Below the pieces are notes generated by a model that was given only the letters and a program-made list of their open reading frames with translations, ran no database searches and was not told where the DNA came from. The position numbers were made by a program, and so were the translations under genes. Of a stretch of DNA of 32,905 nt, positions 1-8,886 are shown piece after piece; the stretch's first letter is position 1; each line of letters opens with the position of its first letter. Origin of the DNA: Candidatus Nanoarchaeia archaeon (lineage in GTDB: Archaea > Nanobdellota > Nanobdellia > Woesearchaeales > DATDTY01); contig DATDTY010000018.1 of the NCBI GenBank assembly GCA_035290625.1, forward strand, positions 1 to 32,905, read 5' to 3'.

Positions 1-623
1 GTGACCTCCTCCCCGCCCTAAAGGGCGGGGCTTCCTGCGCTAACTGAACACCACGTTGTGGTGTGCTTCCTGATTCTTGATATAGGCCTCACAAACGGCA
101 AGATCATTCACTCCTACCGTCGCTGAATAACTGCTCGGCGCCCAGAAATGCCTCTTGGGGTAGCGCAAGGCAACGTGCTCGCGGTTGCGAAAGATAAGGT
201 AGCTTGAACGGCCCTTCAACAACGCAAGCGCCTGCGAATCAGTCATGCCATTCGGCAGCGTCGCCAGCGAGTGCACATGCTCCGGAAGAACACTCAACAC
301 GCGAAACACAATCCCGTGCTCGTGTGCTGCCTTGCGAATCGCAGCAGCCACAAGATTTTTAATCTCCAGCCTCTGCATCATCTTGTAGCGATACTTCGTG
401 CACCACTCAAAGTGCCAAAAATTCATCGTCACCTTATGGCTCAACCGCTTCATGCTGTTCATGCTCTCGTCCTCCGGCGGAAGAGAGCTCACGCTACTTT
501 GGATTGGTAGTGCGTGCGCAGTTTCGTCCGCCAGCTTGCTGGCGGCGAAGCCGCCACAAAAATGTTTCTATGGAGAAACGCCCTAAAGGGCGGGGGTTTA
601 AACCCTAGCTCGCTACGCTCGCT
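1..623 (-). mobile_element. IS200/IS605-family element, TnpA only (IS200-like)
   Basis: Y1 transposase flanked by the same subterminal hairpin CGCCC-TAAA-GGGCG (within 11..30 and at 579..592). The minus-strand right end reads GAAG-hairpin-AGGAGGTCAC, ending at position 1. The left end has AAAC before the hairpin and a TTAG target (ctaa 624..627). Confidence 0.85.
40..492 (-). CDS. tnpA: IS200/IS605 HUH (Y1) transposase
   Basis: HFEWCTKYR, HUH motif EHVH, LKGRSS, FWAPSSY..TVG and catalytic Tyr in YIKNQ. The true start may be a downstream Met. Confidence 0.95.
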   Translation of the reverse strand: MSSLPPEDESMNSMKRLSHKVTMNFWHFEWCTKYRYKMMQRLEIKNLVAAAIRKAAHEHGIVFRVLSVLPEHVHSLATLPNGMTDSQALALLKGRSSYLIFRNREHVALRYPKRHFWAPSSYSATVGVNDLAVCEAYIKNQEAHHNVVFS

Positions 624-733
624 CTAACTTTGGAAGAGTTTGAAAGTATTGTAAAGTTCTTCTCTAACGACGCCAGAATGCAGTTTTACTTGACACTTTC
701 GCTAGAAAGCTTAGGAAGAGTCAAAACAGATTT

Positions 734-1057
734 TTATGTCCTTGCGCCTTCTTGTTGCTCTTTTAGATATTCTTCTAAATCCTTAAATACAGATGCGGTC
801 TGCTCCAAAAAAAACTTACCCCTTTCTGTTAAGACTTTATTACCGCTTGTTGGATTATCCCTAACAAACCCTTTTTTACTTAACTCTTCAAACATACTGC
901 TAACATCCTCTAAGTCAATACTAAAATTACTAGCGATGGATTCCGCATTGCTTTTTTTGGTAGGATACAATGAAATAAGGATTTTCATAGCTAAAGGATT
1001 TCTAATTAGCTCAGATGCCAAGCGTGCTCGGGAATAGAAATTAGGCAAGGATATCAC
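734..1057 (-). CDS. Winged helix-turn-helix protein (MarR/ArsR-like)
   Basis: KILISLY...SIASNFSIDLEDVSSMFEELSKKGFV...LTERGK matches the wHTH pattern. Confidence 0.7.
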   Translation of the reverse strand: MISLPNFYSRARLASELIRNPLAMKILISLYPTKKSNAESIASNFSIDLEDVSSMFEELSKKGFVRDNPTSGNKVLTERGKFFLEQTASVFKDLEEYLKEQQEGART

Positions 1058-1060
1058 CTC

Positions 1061-1768
1061 TTACCATCCTTCTGGGTTTTCGGGTTTAAAAGCCTTTCGG
1101 TTTTGTTCATGGTTATTCTCCTCATCTCTTGTAAGTATGTCTGACATTATATTTATTTCTGTTTTGACTCTTCCTAAAGCTTTCGCTAAAAAATCATCTT
1201 CGTCCTTTGCACCAATATGTGGATTTTTTAAGTGTTTATGCTGATGTGGAACAGTATCTATATCTTCCGTGAATAGTATAATATTTTCTTTTAACTTTTC
1301 ATATTTCGGATTTTCACATAATGTTACAAGCTCGATTTTAGCTCCATCCCCGCACTCTGCTTTTGTTATTGGTATATAGATAAATGGTACAGGTCTTCTA
1401 TAAGAATTAAGTATCAAATTACAAATTAATTCAAATTTCTTGGAATAATCAGGCAATTCTGTGTCATCTATCTCCTTAACATTTAGATCTCCCGCTATTA
1501 AGCAGGCGACCTTCTTGTCTACAACCTGCTTTCGCAATCTCATAAGAACTGGTTTGTGAACCTTGCAATAGCATCCCAACAAAAAAATGCATATAGATGA
1601 TTTTGCTCTTGACAATTCTGAACTATAAGTTTCGGATATTTTAGTACTGAACTTGTTTATTTTCTCTATATCCATTTCCATGTAATGGGCACTCATTTGT
1701 TTATAAAAGTACCTTTTTTGGTGACAAGAAGTAAAATTTGCATAAATAAGACATCCCCTCTTGTCCAA
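1061..1768 (-). CDS. Hypothetical protein, possible nucleoside 2-deoxyribosyltransferase (NDT)-like fold
   Basis: 235-aa ORF in an AT-rich segment. IFLLG...LRKQV and GAKIELVTL resemble the NDT beta1/alpha1 and G..xEL motifs. The start is probably a downstream Met. Confidence 0.55.
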   Translation of the reverse strand: MDKRGCLIYANFTSCHQKRYFYKQMSAHYMEMDIEKINKFSTKISETYSSELSRAKSSICIFLLGCYCKVHKPVLMRLRKQVVDKKVACLIAGDLNVKEIDDTELPDYSKKFELICNLILNSYRRPVPFIYIPITKAECGDGAKIELVTLCENPKYEKLKENIILFTEDIDTVPHQHKHLKNPHIGAKDEDDFLAKALGRVKTEINIMSDILTRDEENNHEQNRKAFKPENPEGW

Positions 1769-1851
1769 AAAAGCAAAGATTAAATACTTCTTCGCACATT
1801 CTAAGTAACGCTTTCCGTTAGAAAGGATATGCCCATCCCTCGCTCTTCGTT

Positions 1852-3264
1852 ATGACACAAATTCCAGATCTGAAGAACTGCTCTTTTATCCCCCAAGGAG
1901 GAAGAGCTTCCTATTTCCTGTCTGAATACCTGATTAATCTCTGCTACACCAAGAAATACGCCCATGGGGCGGATGAGAGGATAGGCAGGCTTCCCTTTGG
2001 GCTTGTGGGAACCTTCAGGGATCATCTGTGTAAATGGCATATGCTGACAAATGATTTGGAGTTTAAGGAAGAGTATCCTGCATGCCTCAATTCCTACCAG
2101 AATATTGAAGAGTTTAGCACTGCAGTGAGGGAAGAGACTGTAAAAAAGATTTCTAAGGAGTGGAGCAAGGCAACGAATGAGAAGATTGCAGCATCGGTAT
2201 CTTATTATTTTGACCAGTATACCCGGCTCATCCAAGCTGCAGGGGTTTTGAGGGTGTTTGATCTTTGCCTGCTTCGACGCTTAAAAGAAGCGCTTCAGGA
2301 TGAGGAAATAGCAATCTTATCCAGCGGCAGGCCGAGCATTGGAATGGAGGAAGAAGAGAAGCTGCTTCGCCTGGCAGCAGGGGTTTCAAAGGGCAGAATG
2401 CCAAAAGCTGGTGCGGAAAAGGCTCTCCAGAAGATTTATGAGAAGTATTGCTATTGGACCATGGGATATTATGATGAGAAACCAAAGAATTTTGATGACT
2501 ATAAGGGTGCTTTGGAGGGGTTTATTGCCAGGAATCCAACAGCGCTCTTGGAGCAGCGCAAGAAGCTGATGCAGGAACAGGCACAAAGGAGAAAGGCCAT
2601 TAGGGCAAGTCTTGACGCAGACATGAAGAGGATTGCCGATGCTGCAGCTGAGGCAGCGTATCTCAAGGATTATAATAAGTACTCGGTCAATAAGATAATT
2701 TATTATGCCGAGCCGCTCTTGAGGGAGGCTGCTAAGAGAAGCAACTACAGCCCCGAGTTCGTTAAGGATCTCGTGCCTGAAGAAGTGCTTGCTTTGCTGA
2801 AGGGGAAAAAGCCAGACAGCAAAAAAGTGAAGGAGCGGATCAAGCACTCTGTTCTTATCTCTTACCCGAACCAGATGATCATATTAACCGGAAAGGACGC
2901 TGCCAGGTTTGAGAAAGAGTATATTGAGGAGTCTCGTGATGAAACGACGATTACTGGCAGGAGCGCCTGCAGGGGGATGGCAAAGGGCATTGTGAGAGTG
3001 GTGCATTCTCAGGCGGATTTTGGCAAGCTGAGGAAGGGCGATATCCTGGTGGTTATCAACACGGGTCCTGATTTTGTTCCGGTCCTTCATAAGGTGTCTG
3101 CGATTATCGCAGAAGAGGGAGGCATTACCGCGCATGTGTCGGTGATCAGCAGGGAGCTGGGGATTCCCTGCATCGTTGGGGCCATCAATGCAACCAGCAT
3201 CTTTAAGGATGGAGAGCTTGTAGAGGTTGATGCTGAGAAAGGGGTTGCGAGGAAGATTAGTTGA
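1852..3264 (+). CDS. PEP-utilizing enzyme mobile (phosphohistidine swivel) domain protein
   Basis: C-terminal GxSACxGxAxG...GDILV...T.PD...AIIAEEGGITAHVSVISRELGIPCIVG...GELVEVDA. The N-terminal helical region is unassigned. Confidence 0.85.
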   Translation: MTQIPDLKNCSFIPQGGRASYFLSEYLINLCYTKKYAHGADERIGRLPFGLVGTFRDHLCKWHMLTNDLEFKEEYPACLNSYQNIEEFSTAVREETVKKISKEWSKATNEKIAASVSYYFDQYTRLIQAAGVLRVFDLCLLRRLKEALQDEEIAILSSGRPSIGMEEEEKLLRLAAGVSKGRMPKAGAEKALQKIYEKYCYWTMGYYDEKPKNFDDYKGALEGFIARNPTALLEQRKKLMQEQAQRRKAIRASLDADMKRIADAAAEAAYLKDYNKYSVNKIIYYAEPLLREAAKRSNYSPEFVKDLVPEEVLALLKGKKPDSKKVKERIKHSVLISYPNQMIILTGKDAARFEKEYIEESRDETTITGRSACRGMAKGIVRVVHSQADFGKLRKGDILVVINTGPDFVPVLHKVSAIIAEEGGITAHVSVISRELGIPCIVGAINATSIFKDGELVEVDAEKGVARKIS

Positions 3265-3435
3265 CGATTTCTTAGATATCCTCATCTTCCCGAAACAGGT
3301 CTTTGGCTTCCTGAGCATTAATCTTCAAATGCCTTCCTTTTCCGAATATTTTTTTGAGGTTGATTAGTTTAAATGCCTTCATTTTGATTAAAAAAGACGC
3401 AATTAATATAAACCTTTTCTTGTTTTTGATGGTTT

Positions 3436-4170
3436 ATGCAGCCTGTTAAGAAGGTACTCATGACAAGAGAAGGCAGACAGTATTTTGTCAGGGATACCAG
3501 CCAGGACTTCCACACACAGTTCGGGTTTGTCGCTAAAATGGATTTAAAGAAGAGATCAGGGAGTGTTAAGAGCCAGACAGGAAAGGAGTTTTTTATTTTT
3601 GACCCGTCTTTTATTGATTCTTATAGAAAGATAAAACGCGGGCCTCAGATCATTACATTGAAGGACTTGGGTTTTATCATTGCAGAGACTGGGATAGGAA
3701 AAGAGTCTAAGATAGTAGATGCAGGAGCCGGAAGCGGAGCTAGCTGCTGCTTTCTGGCGAATATTGCAAAAGAGGTTGTTTCATATGAGAACCGGAAGGA
3801 GTTTTATGAGATTGCAACGCTTAATGGGGAATCCCTGGGTTTGAAGAATTTGAGAGTGAAGTACAAGGATGTGTATGCAGGCATTTCAGAGAAGAATGTT
3901 GATTTGGTTTTGTTTGATTTGCCTGATCCCTGGAAAGGCGTTGATGTTGCTGCGAAGGCTTTGAAGCCTGGAGGGTTTTTGGTTTCCTATTCCCCTACAT
4001 TGGCGCAGGTTCAGGACTTTGTGAAAGCGGTTCAGGATTCGGGGAGGTTCATGTATATAAAGACAGCTGAGATAAATGAAAGGACGTGGGAGGTTGAGGA
4101 GAGAAAATTGAGGCCGAAGACTGCGTTTTTGAACCATACCGGGTTTATGAGTGTGTGCAGGAAGGCTTAG
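3436..4170 (+). CDS. trmI: tRNA (adenine57/58-N1)-methyltransferase TrmI (GCD14 family)
   Basis: RGPQIITLKD, DAGAGSG SAM motif, FDLPDPW, LKPGG..VSYSPT..QV, R.W...RP...HTGF. Confidence 0.92.
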   Translation: MQPVKKVLMTREGRQYFVRDTSQDFHTQFGFVAKMDLKKRSGSVKSQTGKEFFIFDPSFIDSYRKIKRGPQIITLKDLGFIIAETGIGKESKIVDAGAGSGASCCFLANIAKEVVSYENRKEFYEIATLNGESLGLKNLRVKYKDVYAGISEKNVDLVLFDLPDPWKGVDVAAKALKPGGFLVSYSPTLAQVQDFVKAVQDSGRFMYIKTAEINERTWEVEERKLRPKTAFLNHTGFMSVCRKA

Positions 4171-4514
4171 GATTTCTGTATTAGCTTCTTGATTCTCGAT
4201 GCTATGCCTCTTGGAGTTGTTTCGTAGTAAAGATTAGGATATCCAAGGTTATGTGCTGCTACTATATCCTCTGTTGCTCTATAAAAATTTTCAGAACTGC
4301 AGTTGATGATTATTGGCAGATTTGAGGATTTTGCCTGTTGCATCAGACGGATGAATCCTTTCGTTTCTACAGGAGGGCTGTGGAGTATGAGCGCGTCTAT
4401 TGAGTCTAGCTTTGAAGGGAGATGCTTAGAAATCTTAATACCAATCCGATCCGGGATTTCGCGATAGGATTCTGACGGTTTCCAGTCATAAATGCGAACC
4501 AGGGGCTTTTCCAT
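4167..4514 (-). CDS. Hypothetical protein
   Basis: 115-aa ORF; its start overlaps the tfe stop codon. Confidence 0.6.
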   Translation of the reverse strand: MEKPLVRIYDWKPSESYREIPDRIGIKISKHLPSKLDSIDALILHSPPVETKGFIRLMQQAKSSNLPIIINCSSENFYRATEDIVAAHNLGYPNLYYETTPRGIASRIKKLIQKS

Positions 4515-5029
4515 TATTCCGCTTCCAGCTCAACAAGCTTCTGCTTGATCATCTCAATGGTCTTCTGGTTTTCCTGCTGGTGCAGCAAGGTGCCGCATTC
4601 CGGGCATTTGAACTGGAACTCTGTTGCTGTATCAAAGTCTAATCGTGTGCAGGCATTCCTGCACATATAGAAATTGTTGAGGTTTGCTGCCTCCTTTTCA
4701 AGCCTGTTCCTGAGCTTATCGATGGCCTGCCGCCTGATGATGCCAACAAGCTCTTTGACCCTGTGGGGGCTGAATGTCCAATAGCTGATATACCAGCCCT
4801 TCTGGCGGTCCTTTTTCTTGATATACGAAGCAAGGTTCTTCTCATGGAGCCTGTAGAGGATGTTCCGGACATGATTAACTTCCATCTTTAGGTCTTTTGC
4901 AATCTTGAATTCAGAGAGGTTCTTCTTTCCCTGCAAGAACTCGACAATAGGGAGAGCGTCTGCTCCTACAGCTCCCTCCACAATCCTCTGGACAAGCTTT
5001 TGTGTGACTTTCATTGTGTTTACCTTCAT
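4514..5029 (-). CDS. tfe: Transcription factor E (TFIIE-alpha homolog)
   Basis: wHTH (EFKIAKDL..EVNHVRNILYRL...KGWYISYW) followed by a Zn ribbon C..C...FKCPECG. Confidence 0.92.
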   Translation of the reverse strand: MKVNTMKVTQKLVQRIVEGAVGADALPIVEFLQGKKNLSEFKIAKDLKMEVNHVRNILYRLHEKNLASYIKKKDRQKGWYISYWTFSPHRVKELVGIIRRQAIDKLRNRLEKEAANLNNFYMCRNACTRLDFDTATEFQFKCPECGTLLHQQENQKTIEMIKQKLVELEAE

Positions 5030-5171
5030 TGACTATGCCTATGGCTATCACCCTCTTTTTCATTGACCCCCTACCCCTTCCTAGAAGGTCCAGCTTTTTA
5101 AACCTTCTGGAGCAAATGTCCAGATATCACAACTTTTTTTACTGGATAGTTGTTACTATTTATGAATGAGG

Positions 5172-5188
5172 TTATATATAAATGTTTC
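5172..5188 (-). promoter_or_regulatory. Putative BRE/TATA promoter (GAAACATTTATATATAA), oriented toward tfe
   Basis: An identical 17-mer occurs at 10261..10277, also upstream of a minus-strand gene. Confidence 0.5.
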
Positions 5189-5336
5189 TGTTTTTTGGCG
5201 GGGTTGGCTAGACCGGGATCTACGTTCGCGGCGTTCATAACGTTCATAAGAGATAAACACATAGAGGATAGAGTATAGAAGACGGTATAATGAAAAGAAT
5301 GAAAAAAAGCTGGGGCCAAATGGCCCCTTAAAACAC

Positions 5337-5756
5337 TTAGTTCTTAGATATCCTGTAGACTGCCTTAAGCGCAGGGATAAAGACTGCGCCAGCCACAAAC
5401 AGCCCGAAGATGCTAAAGGCTGTGGTGACCATCTGGCCCATAGTAGGCGGCAGAAGAGGCCCCATGCCTGCAATGGCTATTGATCCTGAAGTAAGGCCTA
5501 TAGCTGCTATGATGAAGCCGCTGACCTCTGCCTCAGTTATGTTGAGGATGCCGACTATCAGGCCCAGCAGGACCATGAATGCCGAAATCATCCCTATTGT
5601 ACCTGTATCCAGCTGCATGAATGCTGCAGCAACACCGATGAGCAGGGCAATAATGACTCCTAGAATGAAAGCCCACACACCAATCGTCTTAACCATGTCA
5701 TTTTCCTTTGCTATATATGCCATAATAATTACCCCCTGCATGGAGGCTTGTTCCAT
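5337..5756 (-). CDS. Small multi-pass membrane protein
   Basis: About four hydrophobic segments, GLIVGILNITEAE motif. Likely start is 5723 or later. Confidence 0.8.
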   Translation of the reverse strand: MEQASMQGVIIMAYIAKENDMVKTIGVWAFILGVIIALLIGVAAAFMQLDTGTIGMISAFMVLLGLIVGILNITEAEVSGFIIAAIGLTSGSIAIAGMGPLLPPTMGQMVTTAFSIFGLFVAGAVFIPALKAVYRISKN

Positions 5757-5927
5757 ACCCCCACGACAATGCTTGGCTTTTAGGAAGGGGACATTTATAA
5801 ATTTTTTCTTTTTCGGATGCGAGTGTGTAAATAATTGGCACCAAATACCTATCTAAGCCTTTTTCTCCCTTGCTTTGAAGCAGGTTATTGTGCTTGATAA
5901 AACGCCTTCAGCTAAGTATAAGGAAGC

Positions 5928-6269
5928 CTATCTTAGTCCTGCAAGTAGCAAAGTATCATTTAGCCCCCTATACGAATAATGCCCAGAACCAACAGTCTGT
6001 ATTACACAGTTATCTTCCTTGAGGAGGACTTTTCCATCTTTCACTTGAATCAAATCTTTTCTAGCCTGGTACATTGTAATATTGGTTTCTGACGTTGGTG
6101 TTTTGACCAAGAAGTGCAGCATTCCTTCACGGCTTGCATGATAGGCTGCGAGATATTCATTACAATGATCATGTAAATTCCAATAATTTAGGTATACCAT
6201 CTGAACGACATCCCCAGACACAAGCAAATCCAAATCGTCCAAGCTTTCCAATGATTGCGAAGTTACCAT
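5928..6269 (-). CDS. Hypothetical protein
   Basis: 113-aa ORF with ATG, a TATA-like element upstream and no overlap with other genes. Confidence 0.6.
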   Translation of the reverse strand: MVTSQSLESLDDLDLLVSGDVVQMVYLNYWNLHDHCNEYLAAYHASREGMLHFLVKTPTSETNITMYQARKDLIQVKDGKVLLKEDNCVIQTVGSGHYSYRGLNDTLLLAGLR

Positions 6270-6409
6270 AAAGAAGGGGGACTTTTGCCGCTACTTAAAT
6301 CTTTTGCCTTGCCTATGCTGTTAAATGACCGGAATGAAAAATTCCAAGAGTTTCAATTGAGCGAGTGAAATCGTTTTGTTCAATAGGATAGAGGGTTTGC
6401 TGCCATCCT

Positions 6410-8158
6410 TCAGCTATAATAATACTTCCCTGCAGCCTTCTGCGCCTGATCCTTCTGCGACTCGGGCTTGTTAATTCTCGGCCTGTGGGAAAGCTCATCC
6501 CTGCGCAGGGTTATCTTCAGGCCTGAAAGCAACGAGTTCATGCCCTGTTCCATTGCATACGGGCCTTTTGCCCTGCCCTCAACTGCAGGAGATCCTTCAA
6601 AGACAAGGAGCCTGTCAGAGAGGACATCAAGGAAGAGGAGATCATGGTCGATGACAAGGCAGCTCTTTCCGGTTGTGAAGACAACATTCTCTATGACCTT
6701 GGCTGTTGTGATCCTCTGCTCAACATCCAGGTATGCTGAGGGCTCGTCAAGAAGGAACATATCACAGTCCTTGGCTAAGGCCGCTGCTATTGCAACCCGC
6801 TGCAGCTCTCCGCCTGAGAGCTGCTCTAAGCTCATATCAAGGAGCGGATCCAGGTTTAGGGGGCCGATGATATCATTCTGATGCTTTTCCAGGACTTTTG
6901 CAAGAGCTTCCCTTACTGTATATTCCGAAGGCTCCAGATACTGAGGCTTATAGGAGATTCTGATTTTCTCATCAGTGCGGCCTGAGTCTGGCTTTAGGAC
7001 GTGGCTCAGGATTCTTGCAAGGGTTGTTTTGCCTATCCCATTTTCTCCAAGGACACCAACAATCTCCTTTTGTGAGATGCTGCCTGCTTCTGCTGTGAGA
7101 GTAAAGGAGCCCAGTGTTTTCCGAATGCCTGACCAAGAGGTAAGAGTATCATGCTGCTGGGATTTCGAGGCTGGCCGCACGTCAAAGAGTAAGGGGTGAT
7201 CGCGGAAGCGCATATTATGCTCCTTGATATAGCCCTCAAGATAAACATTGATTCCTGCTTTGGTGGTTTTTGGAAGGGAGACGATTCCGTACACTGCAGG
7301 CTTCCCATACATGATATGGATCACGTCTGCCATATAATCCAGAGCGATGAGGTCGTGCTCGATGACCAGGACTGCTGTTTCAGGGGTCGCAAGCTCCCGG
7401 ATAAAGGAGGCTGTTCGCAACCGCTGCTTGATGTCAAGGTAGGAGGTAAGCTCATCAAAGATGTACAGGTTCGCCTTCTTGAGCGCTGTTGCTGCTACTG
7501 CAACCCTTTGAAGCTCGCCGCCTGAGATGCTTGTGATGTCATGGTCCAGAACCTGGCCGAGCTGGAGTTTCTCCACAATGTCATCGAATTTGCCTCTCTC
7601 ATCCACCTTTTGAAGCAAATGCCTTACTGTGCCTTTTGCTTTTTTTGGGATTATTTCCACCTGCTGCGGCTTATAAGAGACCTTGATTTTTCCTTTCTGG
7701 AGGCCTTCGAAGAATGCCTGGGCTTCGGTTCCCTTAAAGAATTGGACCAGATCTGAAAAACCTGCTTCAGTATCCTTTCCAAGATTTGGCTTGAGGATGC
7801 CTGCCAGGATCTTGATTGCCGTTGATTTTCCTATCCCATTGACTCCAAGGACTCCAACAACCTTGCCAAAGGAGGGCTGCGGAAGGCTGTAGAGATGGAA
7901 TCCGTTTTCTCCATAGCGGTGTATCGGAGGGGAGTCAAGCTCTTCAGGAAGGTTGATGATGTGGATCGAGTCTTTCGGTGATTTCAAAACGCAGATGCCG
8001 CAGCCAATGCAGAGCTTTTCATCAATGCTTAATCTGCCTTTGGCATCTACCCTGATGCATTCTTTTCCTTCCCGATTGACAGGGCATATGCTCTGGATAT
8101 AGAGGTTCTGATGCTTGTCCCTCAGCTTTTCGGGGTCCACTACTGCTATTCTTGGCAT
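6410..8158 (-). CDS. rli: Ribosome recycling ATPase ABCE1/RLI
   Basis: N-terminal CP...CIGCGIC, two ABC domains (GVNGIGKST, GENGIGKTT, SGGELQR twice), C-terminal RPRINK..SQKD..QK..G.YYY. Confidence 0.97.
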   Translation of the reverse strand: MPRIAVVDPEKLRDKHQNLYIQSICPVNREGKECIRVDAKGRLSIDEKLCIGCGICVLKSPKDSIHIINLPEELDSPPIHRYGENGFHLYSLPQPSFGKVVGVLGVNGIGKSTAIKILAGILKPNLGKDTEAGFSDLVQFFKGTEAQAFFEGLQKGKIKVSYKPQQVEIIPKKAKGTVRHLLQKVDERGKFDDIVEKLQLGQVLDHDITSISGGELQRVAVAATALKKANLYIFDELTSYLDIKQRLRTASFIRELATPETAVLVIEHDLIALDYMADVIHIMYGKPAVYGIVSLPKTTKAGINVYLEGYIKEHNMRFRDHPLLFDVRPASKSQQHDTLTSWSGIRKTLGSFTLTAEAGSISQKEIVGVLGENGIGKTTLARILSHVLKPDSGRTDEKIRISYKPQYLEPSEYTVREALAKVLEKHQNDIIGPLNLDPLLDMSLEQLSGGELQRVAIAAALAKDCDMFLLDEPSAYLDVEQRITTAKVIENVVFTTGKSCLVIDHDLLFLDVLSDRLLVFEGSPAVEGRAKGPYAMEQGMNSLLSGLKITLRRDELSHRPRINKPESQKDQAQKAAGKYYYS

Positions 8159-8469
8159 GATGTTCCTGAAGTTGAGCGGGTTTTAAAGATTATTGGTTTC
8201 ATGGGCTGGGCTCTTTGGGCTCTTAATCGGGGCCTTAACGTTTATTTTTTAATTGAAAGGGATTACTTTACCGTCCATTGTTAATGATAGTTTATTCGTT
8301 GGGTTCTTTTATTGATGGGTTCTTTTAATCCGATGGCCGCTATGCTTCATGAGGATACATTGATTGTTACTGAGTTACTTTATTCAACCGGGATTTGCAT
8401 TATCTTCTATGAAGTGTCAGTTATATTCGAATCATCATATTTATAAATGTGGGGAGGCTTATCAGGGAA

Positions 8470-8631
8470 ATGGCAAAATGTGAGATCTGCGGCAGCAGGA
8501 TTGGAGAGACGTTTCTGAAGAAGATTATCGGAAGCGTGGTCAAGGACCCAAAAGGCAAGAAGCATACGGTATGCAATGAGTGCCAGAGGAAGTTTCCCGC
8601 AAAAGAGGAGATTTTAAAAAATCTGAGGTGA
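8470..8631 (+). CDS. Small Zn-finger protein (CxxC...CxxC)
   Basis: MAKCEICGSRIGETFLKKIIG...VCNECQ, with TATA-like tttataaa ~25 bp upstream of ATG 8470. Confidence 0.75.
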   Translation: MAKCEICGSRIGETFLKKIIGSVVKDPKGKKHTVCNECQRKFPAKEEILKNLR

Positions 8632-8645
8632 TTTCTTTTTGTTAT

Positions 8646-8718
8646 GCCCTCGTAGCATAGTAGCTATTGCGGCAGATTCGTAATCTGCAGGTCATGGGTG
8701 CAACTCCCATCGAGGGCT
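8646..8718 (+). tRNA. tRNA-Thr(CGU)
   Basis: Acceptor GCCCTCG/CGAGGGC, anticodon arm GCAGA-TTCGTAA-TCTGC, T arm ATGGG-TGCAACT-CCCAT; no encoded CCA. Confidence 0.92.
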
Positions 8719-8886
8719 TAGAATCCCAATTGATTTGAGGTACTGTCAAATAAAAATTTTCTAAGAAAGTCTTTCAGGAATATGTCAAGCTCGTTAAGAT
8801 CCCTATGTATGATAAGAGTATCCTTCTGTAGGGAGTAACCGCCTCTCATCAAGAAGTGTCAAGCTGATAAAGTACTTAAGCCTGTC

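Noticed and set aside
1852..3264. Full PEP synthase/PPDK or rifampin phosphotransferase
   Set aside because: Only the His-swivel domain is recognisable; there is no ATP-grasp or pyruvate-binding barrel.
5197..5250. tRNA-Met or split-tRNA half (GGCGGGGTTGGCTAG...TTCATAA), or an SRP RNA 5' end
   Set aside because: No D-stem complement, weak anticodon stem, no T arm or acceptor 3' strand, and no SRP helix-8 motif.
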